From an uncultured Haloferula sp. (GTDB lineage Bacteria > Verrucomicrobiota > Verrucomicrobiia > Verrucomicrobiales > Akkermansiaceae), in contig CBFGTS010000003.1 of NCBI GenBank assembly GCA_965652295.1, forward strand, positions 64,001-128,000: DNA of 64,000 nt, written 5' to 3'. Below, piece after piece: positions 9,780 to 20,192 of the stretch. The notes under the pieces were generated by a model. That model saw only the letters and a program-made list of their open reading frames with translations, did no database searches and had not been told where the DNA came from. Made by a program: the position numbers and the translations under genes. Each line of letters begins with the position of its first letter. Position 1 is the stretch's first letter.

Positions 9780-9978
9780 GGGATTCGGGACGCCGGGGAT
9801 CCAATGGCGAACCACCAAAACTAGCGGATGGCGGACGTTTCTAGAATGACTCGAATTGACGAACGCATGGATATTTCTGTCGTGTCAGGGGGATCGAAAC
9901 CCTCGGAACGTCGTCTCCTTCGCACCGGCTCCCGCCGGGAGACCCGGGATGGCTTCGGCTTTCCCGATGAGAAAGTGC

Positions 9979-10009
9979 GTCGGGATTTTTGGCGAAAACA
10001 CGCATCTCG
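9979..10009 (+). promoter_or_regulatory. Candidate ECF sigma promoter (GTCGG-N17-CGC), copy 1
   Basis: GTCGG-gatttttggcgaaaaca-CGCATCTC, about 100 bp upstream of ATG 10107. Confidence 0.6.
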
Positions 10010-10106
10010 ATGACGAGGCCCCATCGATCCGGCTCCGGCTCCGCAGACGAGGTCTGCCCGGCCTCACGACGCCGCGATCCGATTCGCGGGAAATCTCTCC
10101 AAACCC

Positions 10107-13100
10107 ATGCCCATTCCAGCTGTCATCCAACCCGCGGGACTCCTCCGGATCCTGGCTTTCGAACTCTTGATCGGTTCCGTCGGCGCTCAGGTCGTCCAAA
10201 CCGTGAATTCCACCGGTTCGGCCACCGCTTGGAACGGTGCCATCTGGGGAACCCCGGCGACAACGCCGACGAGTGGCAACGGCTACGCCACCGCAGCCGG
10301 TCTGATATCGCCCTCCGCCACCAACCTCGGCACGGGAACCGACGTCACCGGACGGGTGCGGGCCTACGATGAAAGCCCTGGATTCAACGGCGATGCGCTC
10401 ACCCTCGTTTCCGCGACCGAGCTGCTGCTCAAGGGAGCCGGCACGACCTACACGGCGAACCTCGTCCTGAACGGCGGCATCCTCCGCTTTTCTCCGGATG
10501 CCGGTGGCAACGTGACCTTGGCCGGCACCCTCGATGTCGCCTCGGATTCGGTGCTCGGATTGGTGCAGAGCGGCATCAGCACGTTGACGATCGGTTCCAC
10601 CCTCACCGGAAATGGCGTACTGCGCCTCGCTGCCGGTCAGAACAACGGCAACTCGCTCATTTTTGATGACGGTGCCGGGCTTTCCTTGAACGGCTTCGAA
10701 GGCACTCTCGAAATCGGCGGCGGAGCCAGCGCGGTCGTCGTTGGCTTCAACCAACCCTACGACATGAGCCTCGCCGAGGTGGCGATGGGCAGCCACTCGA
10801 CGGCCGACGTCCTGGCGCTGAACGCAGACATCACGGTGAAGTCGTTCACCTTCGGTGCCAGTGTGGTGGCACCGGGCACCTACAGCGTGGCGACGCTGAA
10901 TGCGACCTACGGAAGCGGCTCACGATTCACCGGGACCGGCTCGTTGACGGTGGGTGAGGGTGATGTCGACCCCGGGGGCGACAGCGATGGCGACGGATTG
11001 CCCAACTCGTTCGAGGATCAGATCATCAACGCGGATCCGCACGATGCGGTGGATGGCTATGAGGATGTGGCGGGACCGGAGGACGCCCCGGCCACGACCG
11101 ATTTCGACAAAGACGGACTGAGCGATGCCGATGAGTTCGTTCTGGGAACCAAGCCGGCTGATCCGGACAGCGACATGGACGGCTACGGCGATGCGGTCGA
11201 AGTCGCCGGCGCGACCGACCCGAACTCATCGATGAGCATGCCGCCGCAGGTCGCCGGCAATCCGCGCTCGCTGCCGGTGCTTTCGGCGGATGCGGTCGCG
11301 GGTGGCTTTTCCCTCGTGACGGGTGGAAACGCGGTGCCGGTGGTGTACGACGCCGCGGATGCGACGGTGGTGGAAAAGGCCGTGCTTTTGTATGCCGATG
11401 ACGTGGAGGCCGTCGGTGGCGTGCGGCCCGCGGTTTTGAACTCGGCCGACGGACTCAGCGGACCCGCGGTCCTCGTCGGCACCCTCGGCCAGAGCGCGCT
11501 GATCGACGGGTTGGTGGCTTCGGAAAAACTCGACGTTTCCGGGATCCGGGGAAGCTGGGAATCGTATCGCCTTGCCCGGGTGATCGAGCCCGTGCCGGGC
11601 ATCACCGAAGCTCTGGTCGTGGTCGGCAGCGACCGCCGGGGGACCGCCTACGGACTCGGTGCGATCAGCGAAGTCATGGGGGTTTCGCCCTGGACCTGGT
11701 GGGCCGATGTGCCACCGCCGGTGCGCCCGGAGATTCACCTGGCGGGCCTGCCGCTGGATTCGATGCCGCCCAGCGTCCGTTTCCGCGGCATCTTTATCAA
11801 CGACGAGGACTGGGGGCTGCAGGAATGGGCGGAGAAGAACTATGAGTCGGGGCCGGGCGAAGTGAAGGACATCGGGCCGAAGACCCATGCCAAGATCTTC
11901 GAGCTGCTGCTCCGCCTGCGCGCGAACTACTGTTGGCCGGGAATGCACCCGAGCACCCGCGCGTTCCACTATTACCCGGACAACAAGCAGGTGGCCGACG
12001 ATTACGCCATCGTCATGGGCAGCTCGCACGCCGAGCCGATGCTCCGCAACAACGTGGACGAGTGGGATCGATTCACCGACGACAACGGCTACTCGGACAA
12101 CTGGAACTACTCCCAAAACAAGCCCGTGATTTACGAATACTGGGATGTCAGGGCGCAGGAGGCCGGGCCGTTTGAAAATGTCTACACCATCGGCAAGCGC
12201 GGCATTCACGACTCCGGCATGGTGGAGGGCTCGAACAACACCGACAAGGCCGCCTGGCTCAACACCATCTTCGCCGACCAGCGCCAGATCCTCGCCAACC
12301 GGGTGAATGCGAACCCGGCCCGGGTGCCGCAGATTTTCGTCCCCTACAAGGAGGTGCTGAGCATCTACGACACGGGTCTGGTCAACGTTCCGGATGACGT
12401 CACGCTGGTGTGGCCGGATGACAATCACGGCTACATCCGGCGGCTTTCCAATAGCGCCGAGCAGCAGCGCTCCGGAGGCGGCGGCGTTTACTACCACCTG
12501 TCTTACTGGGGTGCACCGCAGGATTACCTCTGGCTCTCGACGATTCCGCCGTCGCTGATCTGGGAGGAAATGATGAAGGCTTATGAAAACGACTGCCACC
12601 GCTTGTGGGTCTTCAACGTCGGCGACATCAAACCGGCCGAGGTCAACATGGAGTATGCCCTGCGCCTCGCATGGAACGTTCACAGCCATGGTCCGGATTC
12701 CCAGATGAAATGGTTGAATGAATGGGCGACGCGCGAATTCGGAGCGGAGAGCGCCGGTGCCATCGCCTCGGTGATGAACGACTACTATCAACTCAACCAC
12801 GCCCGCAAACCCGAACACATGAACTGGAAGGACAGCGATGCGGGCAGCTCGGCACCTTCGGGCGCGACCTCTTACCCCTTGTTCAGCCAGGTCCACGAGG
12901 GCGATGAACTGGCGCACCGCCTCGCGGAGTTCGATGTGCTGCGGGAGCGCGCCGACCTCATTTTCGATGCGATCCCCTCTGACAAGCGCGACGCGTTCTA
13001 TCAACTCGTGGTCTATCCCGTTCGCGGGTCCGAAGCGATGAACCGCAAGGTCCTCCACACCGCGAGGGCCTACCGTGCGGTCGCCCAGAAACGCACCACC

Positions 13101-15131
13101 GCCACGCAGCATTCGTCCGCGGCGACCAGCGCCTACAACGAAATCGCCAGCGAGACCGCCTACTACAACACCACGCTGGCCTCCGGGAAATGGAACGAAA
13201 TGATGGACTGGAAGCCACGCGGACTGGCGGTCTTCAACATGCCGTCCCAGCCAACCGACCCCGGTGCGCAGTCGCTCGGACTGGGTGTGGCGGTCGAGGG
13301 CCGGCTGGAGCCGGTCTTCACCACTCCTTCGGACGGAACCTCGTCCAGCATGGAGCTTCATGCCGTGGATGATGCGGTTTCCATCCTCGCGCCGATGCAG
13401 GAGGCGACTCTGGACGGCCGCCGCTGCCTGTGGACTCCGGGAACCGGCGGTGCCGCCGCCGCTGGAGCCGGTGGACGGGCCAGCTATTCCTTCACCATCG
13501 CGGAAAGCGAAACCTACTCGATCCGCTTCGAGGTCCGCACGCCGACGGCCGACGACGACTCCTGGCATATCTCGCTCGATGGAGCCACGCCGGAAGTTTG
13601 GAACAACATCGGCATCGGCAACCCGGCTGGCTGGCGCTGGCTGACGTGGAAATCGGCGACGCTGACGGCCGGCACCCACACCCTTGTGGTCCACGAACGC
13701 GAGGACGGTGCCGCCTTCGCCGCGATCGAGATTTCAAATGCCTCCACGACGGCGGAAATGGGCGAGGACAAGCGTTTCAGCGATTTCCGCCTTCCCGAGT
13801 TCAACTCGATCACCCGCCGCGATTTCTTCATCGACCTCATCAATACCGAAGCTGGAGATCTCTCGTGGAGCGCGACGGCGGACGATCCATGGGTCGTGCT
13901 CTCCGCCACCTCCGGTTTGCTCGATACCGAGCAGCGGCTCACCGTTTCCATCGACTGGGACCAGCTTCCCGCCGACGAGTCCCTCACCTCCACGATCCAT
14001 GTGACGACGGGAGACGACACGGTGGAGATCCCCGTCACCGTCTGGAATCCGCCTTCACCGCCCGCCGTTGATTTCATCGAGGAAAATGGAGCCGTGGTCA
14101 TGGAAGCGGAACATCCCTCGGCGTCCCATGCGGGGACCGACGCCTCGTGGGTGGAGGTCCCGGATCTGGGCCGTGGAGACGGCGCGATGATCGTTCAGCC
14201 GACCACCGCCCCGAGCCTGACGACGCCCGCCGAGATCGTGGCCGACGCGCCTTCGCTGGAATTCTCGTTCCACCTCCGGACGCCCGGCACGCACTCGATC
14301 GAGGCGTTGTTCCTGCCCGCACTCTCACTGAACAACGACCGCGGCCGCCGCTATGCGGTCTCGGTGGACGGAGAAACGCCGACGATCGTCTCCCTGTCGT
14401 CCGAATCCGGCAGCGGCAACACCTGGTCGCGCTCCGTGGTGCGGTCGGCCATTTCAGGAAAATCCACCCATACGATGGCGAGTGAGGGGAACCACACCTT
14501 GAAGATTTGGATGGTTGATCCCGGCCTGGTCCTCGACCGCATCGCCGTTCTCACCAGCAGCACGCCCTATACCTACGGCGGCCTCCGTGAAACCGCGGTC
14601 GATACCACGGAAACCCTCTACGTGGCGGCAGGTGAAACCTACGTGCTGGATGGCGACAGCCGGACGTTCAAGCGGATCGTCAACCATGGGACGCTCGAAC
14701 TCCGGTCCTCGTCGCTCGTCGTGGAAGGCGAACTGATCAACTTCGGCACCCTGCGGGTGACCGGCGACTCCACGATCACGACCGGTGGCAACGTCTCGAA
14801 CTTCGGGATTCTGGATTCGATGTCGTGGCATCCGCGCGGCGTGGACGCTCTTCCCGACTATTCCGATTTCGGATCGATGATGGACAGCAGCTTCTTCCAC
14901 CTCGAAAGCCACTGGATGGCGGACGGACAGTTCCACCTCCAAGTGCCCGGATACGAGGGCCACCAGTATGCCTTGCTGCGGAATGAAACGCTGACCGCAT
15001 CCGGCTGGATGCCGGCAGGCCCGGCCAAGACCGGAAGCGGGGTTCACGGGAATCCGTCCCCCCTCACCTTCAACTGGCCGGCCGACAGTTCGCGGATGTT
15101 TTTCCGGGTGGAACTGGACGGTGACGAGTGA
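10107..15131 (+). CDS. Multimodular secreted GH115 alpha-glucuronidase (N-terminal beta-rich module, DxDxDG repeats, GH115 core, inserted CBM-like domain, BACON-like, GH115 C-terminal and terminal beta domain)
   Basis: GSDRRGTAYG, GVSPWTWWADVP, RGIFINDEDWGL, WPGMH, MGSSHAEPM, WPDDNHGYIR, GGVYYHLSY and NVGDIKP. Confidence 0.9.
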   Translation: MPIPAVIQPAGLLRILAFELLIGSVGAQVVQTVNSTGSATAWNGAIWGTPATTPTSGNGYATAAGLISPSATNLGTGTDVTGRVRAYDESPGFNGDALTLVSATELLLKGAGTTYTANLVLNGGILRFSPDAGGNVTLAGTLDVASDSVLGLVQSGISTLTIGSTLTGNGVLRLAAGQNNGNSLIFDDGAGLSLNGFEGTLEIGGGASAVVVGFNQPYDMSLAEVAMGSHSTADVLALNADITVKSFTFGASVVAPGTYSVATLNATYGSGSRFTGTGSLTVGEGDVDPGGDSDGDGLPNSFEDQIINADPHDAVDGYEDVAGPEDAPATTDFDKDGLSDADEFVLGTKPADPDSDMDGYGDAVEVAGATDPNSSMSMPPQVAGNPRSLPVLSADAVAGGFSLVTGGNAVPVVYDAADATVVEKAVLLYADDVEAVGGVRPAVLNSADGLSGPAVLVGTLGQSALIDGLVASEKLDVSGIRGSWESYRLARVIEPVPGITEALVVVGSDRRGTAYGLGAISEVMGVSPWTWWADVPPPVRPEIHLAGLPLDSMPPSVRFRGIFINDEDWGLQEWAEKNYESGPGEVKDIGPKTHAKIFELLLRLRANYCWPGMHPSTRAFHYYPDNKQVADDYAIVMGSSHAEPMLRNNVDEWDRFTDDNGYSDNWNYSQNKPVIYEYWDVRAQEAGPFENVYTIGKRGIHDSGMVEGSNNTDKAAWLNTIFADQRQILANRVNANPARVPQIFVPYKEVLSIYDTGLVNVPDDVTLVWPDDNHGYIRRLSNSAEQQRSGGGGVYYHLSYWGAPQDYLWLSTIPPSLIWEEMMKAYENDCHRLWVFNVGDIKPAEVNMEYALRLAWNVHSHGPDSQMKWLNEWATREFGAESAGAIASVMNDYYQLNHARKPEHMNWKDSDAGSSAPSGATSYPLFSQVHEGDELAHRLAEFDVLRERADLIFDAIPSDKRDAFYQLVVYPVRGSEAMNRKVLHTARAYRAVAQKRTTATQHSSAATSAYNEIASETAYYNTTLASGKWNEMMDWKPRGLAVFNMPSQPTDPGAQSLGLGVAVEGRLEPVFTTPSDGTSSSMELHAVDDAVSILAPMQEATLDGRRCLWTPGTGGAAAAGAGGRASYSFTIAESETYSIRFEVRTPTADDDSWHISLDGATPEVWNNIGIGNPAGWRWLTWKSATLTAGTHTLVVHEREDGAAFAAIEISNASTTAEMGEDKRFSDFRLPEFNSITRRDFFIDLINTEAGDLSWSATADDPWVVLSATSGLLDTEQRLTVSIDWDQLPADESLTSTIHVTTGDDTVEIPVTVWNPPSPPAVDFIEENGAVVMEAEHPSASHAGTDASWVEVPDLGRGDGAMIVQPTTAPSLTTPAEIVADAPSLEFSFHLRTPGTHSIEALFLPALSLNNDRGRRYAVSVDGETPTIVSLSSESGSGNTWSRSVVRSAISGKSTHTMASEGNHTLKIWMVDPGLVLDRIAVLTSSTPYTYGGLRETAVDTTETLYVAAGETYVLDGDSRTFKRIVNHGTLELRSSSLVVEGELINFGTLRVTGDSTITTGGNVSNFGILDSMSWHPRGVDALPDYSDFGSMMDSSFFHLESHWMADGQFHLQVPGYEGHQYALLRNETLTASGWMPAGPAKTGSGVHGNPSPLTFNWPADSSRMFFRVELDGDE

Positions 15132-15200
15132 GGGACGCTTCACCCGCCCTCCTGCTACCGTGAGCAAGCATCTGCCTCGCCGGGCGGCTTGAGAAACCGT

Positions 15201-15230
15201 GTCGGGATCTTTGCTCAAAATCCGCCCCTC
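15201..15230 (+). promoter_or_regulatory. Candidate ECF sigma promoter, copy 2
   Basis: GTCGG-gatctttgctcaaaatc-CGCCCCTC. Confidence 0.65.
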
Positions 15231-15360
15231 GAATTGGGGGGTATGGCTTTTTGGTCGCCCTCTCCAGATCCGACAACGACGTCGGGAATCACCGAGATAT
15301 GCCGCCGGTGCCATCCGTGCCGGCGTCGAGCTTATTACAAACCCCAATACGAAAATCATC

Positions 15361-18126
15361 GTGGACAACCGACACCCGATTCATCTCAAGGGAGGCGTCG
15401 CCGCTTTCCTCACCACCGGTCTGCTGGCCTTCCCTGTGGCTCACGCCGCAGAGGTCGTCCAAACCGTGAACGACACCGGCACCGGCTGGAACAGCGCCCT
15501 CTGGGGTTCCCCTGCCGCGGCCCCCACGGCCGGAAACGGCTACGTGACGGCGGCCTTTGCACTCAATGACCCCAGCCGCCTGGGCACTCCCAATCTCACC
15601 GGCCGGATCCGCGCCATCACCGGCCAGGAAACTTTCACCGGCGATGCCCTCGACATCGTGCCCACCACGGAACTGCTGATCAAGAACGGGGGGACCTACA
15701 CCGCGAACATCACCCTGAATGGCGGCCTCATTCGCCATTCCCCCAATGCGGCGGCCGCCGCCACACTCACCGGCACGCTCCATGTCGCCGCAGATTCCGT
15801 TCTCGGTTCGGTGCAAAGCGGCACCCAGGTTTTCACCATCGCTTCCACCATCACCGGCAACAGCACGCTGCGCCTGGCAGGCGGGACCGCGGCCAACCAA
15901 ACGATCACCTTCGACGACGGCGCCGGAACGTCCCTCAGCGGCTTTGCCGGGACTCTGGATATCGGAGGCGGGCTGACCAATGCCGGAGCCGCCAACCTGG
16001 TCACGGTGGACTTCAACCAGCCCTATGACATGAGCGGCACCGCCGTCGTGATGGGTGGATACGCCACCGCCGACGTGCTCAATCTCGACGCGAACATCAC
16101 GGTCGAAAGTTTCACCTTCGCCGGGGCTCCGCTCGCAGGAGGCATCTACGATGTCGCGACGCTGAACGCGACCTTCGGCACCGGGACCCAATTCACCGGG
16201 ACCGGCACGCTGACGGTGACGGGTGCCATCGATTCCGATGACGACGGACTGCCCGACACGTGGGAAACGTCCTATGCCGGAAACCTGACCGATCTCGACG
16301 GCACGCTCCCCGCCGGCTCGGGGCCCGGTGCCGGGACCGGCGACTTCGACGGCGACGGCCTGAGCGACGCCGACGAACTGGCGGAATCCACGAGCCCGAT
16401 CGACCCGGACAGCGACGACGATGGACTGAACGATGGTCCGGAAATCGCTGGCACCGACAACAACGATGTCTCCCACGGCTTCGGCCCGACCGATCCGAAC
16501 CTGTTCGACAGCGATGGTGATGGGCTCGGCGACGGCGCGGAACTCGCAGGGACCGACAACGATGACGTCTCCCACGGCTTCGGTCCCACCGATCCGCTGT
16601 TCGCCGATAGTGACAACGATACGCTTGAAGACGGTGCCGAAGTGGCGGGAACCGACAACGATGGCTTCTCTCACGGCTTCGGTCCCACCAACCCCAACGA
16701 TGCCTTCAGCGACGACGACGATCTGCCGGACGACTGGGAGATCACCTTTTTTCTCAATCCGAACAGCTCCGCCGGAGACGACGGAAACGAGGGAGATCTG
16801 GATGCCGACGGACTGGACAACTTCGGCGAGTATGTCGCTTTCACCGATCCCGGGATTTCCGATACGGACGGTGACGGTTTGGAAGACGGGCCGGAAGTCA
16901 ATGGCACCCGGAATGACGGCACGGACCATGGATTCGGGCCGACCAATCCCCTGGCGATCGACACCGACGGTGACGGCTTCGATGACTGGTTCGAGCTTGA
17001 GCTGGCGACCGATCCGAATGACTCCAACAGCCTGCCCGGAACCGCCGCACCCATCGTCAACGGTGGCTTTGAAAGCCCGCCGGTGGCGGTCTCGACCGAG
17101 GCCGTCCCGGTCTCCAGCGGCACCGTGCCCGGTTGGACGGTGGTGACGAACGACTTCTACGTGACCGATTTTCTCCCCGCCGGTTTGGGTACCGGAAACC
17201 CGGGGGCTCCGAGCGAGGGTGCCCAGTTCGCGACCGCCGAGCGCCGCGCGCCCAATCCTCCTGTGGAGGCCGCATCGTTGGACGGAGGCACCGCCGCGAC
17301 CATGAGCATGCGCCAGGACATCGACATGTCCTCGCTCTCCACCGAAATTGATGCCGGCGCCCGCAGCCTGCTGTTGAGTTTCGATTTTTTCGACAACGAC
17401 GCGGCCGACGAGGGTGTCGTGACGATGCAGTTCCTTGATGGATCGAACAACGATCTGGGCCGGCGGGTCGTCTACCGCTCCCCCGCCACGACCAGCGCGG
17501 CCTGGCAGGCGGGCAATCTCACAGGCTATCCTCCCGTCGGAACCCGGACCGTCCGTTTGACTGTCGAAACGATCCTCGTCGGCGAAGGTTCGGCACGGAA
17601 CTTCGCGATCGATAACATGCGGGCCCGTTTGTTCCACTTCGACGCCGACAACGATGACATGCCCGACGACTGGGAGTTGGCGAACGGGCTCGACACGACC
17701 GTCGATGATTCCGGTGACCATTGGGATGGCGACACGCTGACCAATCTGGAGGAGTTTCAGAACGGCACCGATCCGAACTGGGAGGACACCGATGGAGATG
17801 GTCACAACGACGATGTGGAAATCGCGGCGGGCTCCGATCCACTGGACGCTTCGAGCATCCCGGGCGGGGCCTCCGCCGGTGTCAGTGTCGTCAGCACGGA
17901 CGTCACCACGAACGGCAGCGGTCAGGTCACCCAGGTCCAGATCACCTTCAGTGGCCTGGATACCAGCAAGAGCTACACCCTCCTGCGCGGCATCGACCTC
18001 GTCACCTTTCCGGACACCGTGGACACCCACCAGCCCTCTGCCGAAACAGAGGCATTCACCGACTCCTCGCCGGTGCCGCAGGCGACCTCCGGCAAGGCAT
18101 TCTACATCCTCGAAGAGACGCCATAA
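15361..18126 (+). CDS. Secreted non-catalytic modular protein: beta-rich N module, many TSP3-like Ca-binding repeats, jelly-roll carbohydrate-binding-like domain, C-terminal beta domain
   Basis: GTG 15361 gives a signal peptide (...VAHA-AE). The N module is paralogous to that of 10107..15131. About 10 DxDxDG-L-xD-xxE repeats and an IVNGGFES...FAIDNM domain follow. Confidence 0.8.
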   Translation: MDNRHPIHLKGGVAAFLTTGLLAFPVAHAAEVVQTVNDTGTGWNSALWGSPAAAPTAGNGYVTAAFALNDPSRLGTPNLTGRIRAITGQETFTGDALDIVPTTELLIKNGGTYTANITLNGGLIRHSPNAAAAATLTGTLHVAADSVLGSVQSGTQVFTIASTITGNSTLRLAGGTAANQTITFDDGAGTSLSGFAGTLDIGGGLTNAGAANLVTVDFNQPYDMSGTAVVMGGYATADVLNLDANITVESFTFAGAPLAGGIYDVATLNATFGTGTQFTGTGTLTVTGAIDSDDDGLPDTWETSYAGNLTDLDGTLPAGSGPGAGTGDFDGDGLSDADELAESTSPIDPDSDDDGLNDGPEIAGTDNNDVSHGFGPTDPNLFDSDGDGLGDGAELAGTDNDDVSHGFGPTDPLFADSDNDTLEDGAEVAGTDNDGFSHGFGPTNPNDAFSDDDDLPDDWEITFFLNPNSSAGDDGNEGDLDADGLDNFGEYVAFTDPGISDTDGDGLEDGPEVNGTRNDGTDHGFGPTNPLAIDTDGDGFDDWFELELATDPNDSNSLPGTAAPIVNGGFESPPVAVSTEAVPVSSGTVPGWTVVTNDFYVTDFLPAGLGTGNPGAPSEGAQFATAERRAPNPPVEAASLDGGTAATMSMRQDIDMSSLSTEIDAGARSLLLSFDFFDNDAADEGVVTMQFLDGSNNDLGRRVVYRSPATTSAAWQAGNLTGYPPVGTRTVRLTVETILVGEGSARNFAIDNMRARLFHFDADNDDMPDDWELANGLDTTVDDSGDHWDGDTLTNLEEFQNGTDPNWEDTDGDGHNDDVEIAAGSDPLDASSIPGGASAGVSVVSTDVTTNGSGQVTQVQITFSGLDTSKSYTLLRGIDLVTFPDTVDTHQPSAETEAFTDSSPVPQATSGKAFYILEETP
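16405..16700 (+). repeat. Intragenic 99-bp (33-aa) tandem repeat x3
   Basis: GTDNxDxSHGFGPTxP units start at 16450, 16549 and 16648. A diverged fourth unit starts at 16903. Confidence 0.9.
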
Positions 18127-18157
18127 GGTCTCGCGGCCGCAAGGTCTGTTGAATCCA

Positions 18158-18195
18158 GGGGCGGCTTCGGATTACCGGAGCCGCCCCGATTCTTT
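18158..18195 (+). terminator. Intrinsic terminator after 15361..18126
   Basis: GGGGCGGCTTCGG-ATTA-CCGGAGCCGCCCC followed by GATTCTTT. Confidence 0.7.
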
Positions 18196-18314
18196 GGTCC
18201 AGGATTAGCCGACAAGAGGATCCCGGAAGGCTGGCACCTGCTGGCGGTTGCGAACACGATGCCCCGGCCGGGAGGCACGCCCGAAAGCGCAGCCCCACGG
18301 CCATCCGGCAGAAC

Positions 18315-18346
18315 AAAAACAACGCCACCCAAAAGGGTGGCGTTGT
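18315..18346 (-). terminator. Intrinsic terminator of the PEP-CTERM/LamG gene
   Basis: Minus strand ACAACGCCACCC-TTTT-GGGTGGCGTTGT followed by TTTT. Confidence 0.85.
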
Positions 18347-18393
18347 GGAAAATCGATCATCCGGGAACGCCGGCGGTCCCCGTCGAATGGAGA

Positions 18394-19272
18394 TCAGGCT
18401 CCGCGCCGACGGCGCAGCAGACCGAACATGCCGAGACCGCCGAAAAGGGCGACCGAGGCTTCAGGAACGGCGATGGCGGCAAAATGCGCACCTACCTGAC
18501 TTTCGGTAAGAACCGAATCGTACATCGAGAACTCGTCGATCGTGCCGGGAAAGAAGGAACCGACCGTCCCCCGGACGTTTCGCGCGCCGAGGGTGGGAGC
18601 GAAGCCGAAGTCCGCGAAATTGGTGGGAGCATCGCTATCCACATAGGTGATCGTTTGCGCGACACCGTCGACATACGCCGTGACCCGATTGACGGAATCA
18701 TAGGTCAAAACCAGTTGGTGGAAACCTCCGTCGAACAAGCTGGCGTTCGTGAAGGTGGCGCCAAGGTCGGTGCCAGCTTCGTTTCGGATGTAAAGGCGGA
18801 CGCCGTTGGTCAATGTGGCATTACCCACGCCATTTTCATTGAGAACAATATCGATGGCGGTGGTCGAACCGGTGTTGTAGGTGCCAAAGAGTCTTACGCG
18901 GGCATTCGACGTGGTGCTGAAAACGAACTCGTAGCTCGAACCGTCCAGAGACGATCCGAAGCTCGTGGCATTGGTGGTCGCAACATAGTCGTTGGTCCCG
19001 TCGAAGCCCACGGCGGTATCGCCAAGGATTGCAGCACCGGGCTGCCCGAGCGTCGGGCTGTTGGTGTAGGTGCCCGTCCGGCTGTTTCCCGATGTGTCGG
19101 TAGCGCTCGTGCCTGAGGATTCGCCCAGTCGGTAGTAAAGGTAGGGGTTGTCGGCGAGGACGGCGGTTTGGTAGGCCGTGGTCGCGGCGTGAGCCGCCGG
19201 CAGGGCCAGGAATCCGAGGGTGAGGGCGGTTACGGCACCTCCGAGGCCTCGTTTGTTGCGTGATTTGTCCAT
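18394..19272 (-). CDS. PEP-CTERM protein with a LamG/ConA-like jelly-roll domain
   Basis: YYRLGESSG, FDGTNDYV, FHQLVLTYD, AYVDG, GTIDEFSMYDSVL. C-terminus is VPEASVALFGGLGMFGLLRRRRGA. Confidence 0.9.
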   Translation of the reverse strand: MDKSRNKRGLGGAVTALTLGFLALPAAHAATTAYQTAVLADNPYLYYRLGESSGTSATDTSGNSRTGTYTNSPTLGQPGAAILGDTAVGFDGTNDYVATTNATSFGSSLDGSSYEFVFSTTSNARVRLFGTYNTGSTTAIDIVLNENGVGNATLTNGVRLYIRNEAGTDLGATFTNASLFDGGFHQLVLTYDSVNRVTAYVDGVAQTITYVDSDAPTNFADFGFAPTLGARNVRGTVGSFFPGTIDEFSMYDSVLTESQVGAHFAAIAVPEASVALFGGLGMFGLLRRRRGA

Positions 19273-19400
19273 GATGGTTGTGTTGTTTTCAGGTTTGGGT
19301 TTTCGAGCTGGATCGCCCAGACGAGCTGAGGACGGCGACCGATCTCGATCTTCCGGGGGATCGGGAGACATGCTTCGGGGAAACAAGTCTCCTTCAACCT

Positions 19401-19430
19401 GAGGGGCGGATTTTCGCCCGAAATACCGAC
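19401..19430 (-). promoter_or_regulatory. Candidate ECF sigma promoter, copy 3
   Basis: Minus strand GTCGG-tatttcgggcgaaaatc-CGCCCCTC. It shares AAAATCCGCCCCTC exactly with copy 2. Confidence 0.65.
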
Positions 19431-19626
19431 GGAGTTTTTTCCGAAAAACCCACGACCGGGGAAACGCGCCGTTGATGGAGGCTCAGGCGGCAGCCCGGAT
19501 CGAGATTCAGGTTGAAAACCCTGCGATCCATCTTCTTCATCCATGCGTGCCGGACGAAAGTTGCCGCGACATGCCACCTGAGAAGAGCATGGGGCGCTGG
19601 CATGAATCCGGTTGCGTTGCCCGTCC

Positions 19627-20192
19627 GTGAACGAAATCCGAAAAATCCTGGAATCCTCCACCCAGTCCAGCAGCCGGGCTTCGGCGGAACTGCTGCCTCT
19701 GGTCTACGATGAATTGCGGGCCTTGGCGGCAAGGCGTCTGAACGACGAGAAGGACCCGCAGAGCCTGCAGGCCACCGCGTTGGTTCACGAGGCATGGCTC
19801 TCGCTCGCAGGCGACGACGAACGGTCATGGGACAACCGCCGTCATTTTTTTCGAGCTGCGGCCAAGGCGATGCGCAACATCATGGTGGATCGGGCCCGGG
19901 CCAAGGACTGCCAGAAGCGGGGAAACCGACCGGAGATCGTCGACATCGAGAAGCTCGACATCGCGGATGCCTCCATCGATGAGCGGGTCCTGTTGGTGGA
20001 CGAAATGTTGACCCGGATGGAATCGACGGACCCCGAGAGCGTGCGGGTGACGACGCTCAAATTTTTCGGCGGTCTCACCAACCGGGAGATCGCGGAAATG
20101 GACGGCGTGACCGAAAGGACGGTCGAACGCAACTGGGCCTACGCGAGAGCAAAACTCCTTCGGATGATCCGCAAGGAAACCGCCGACGAGGA

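Noticed and set aside
16405..16700. Tandem repeats as a possible CRISPR array
   Set aside because: They are in-frame 99-bp coding repeats with no unique spacers, and no cas genes are present.
10107..18126. Cellulosome (dockerin/cohesin) interpretation of the DxDxDG repeats
   Set aside because: The repeats fit the TSP3-like pattern rather than the duplicated dockerin motif, and no cohesin was recognised.
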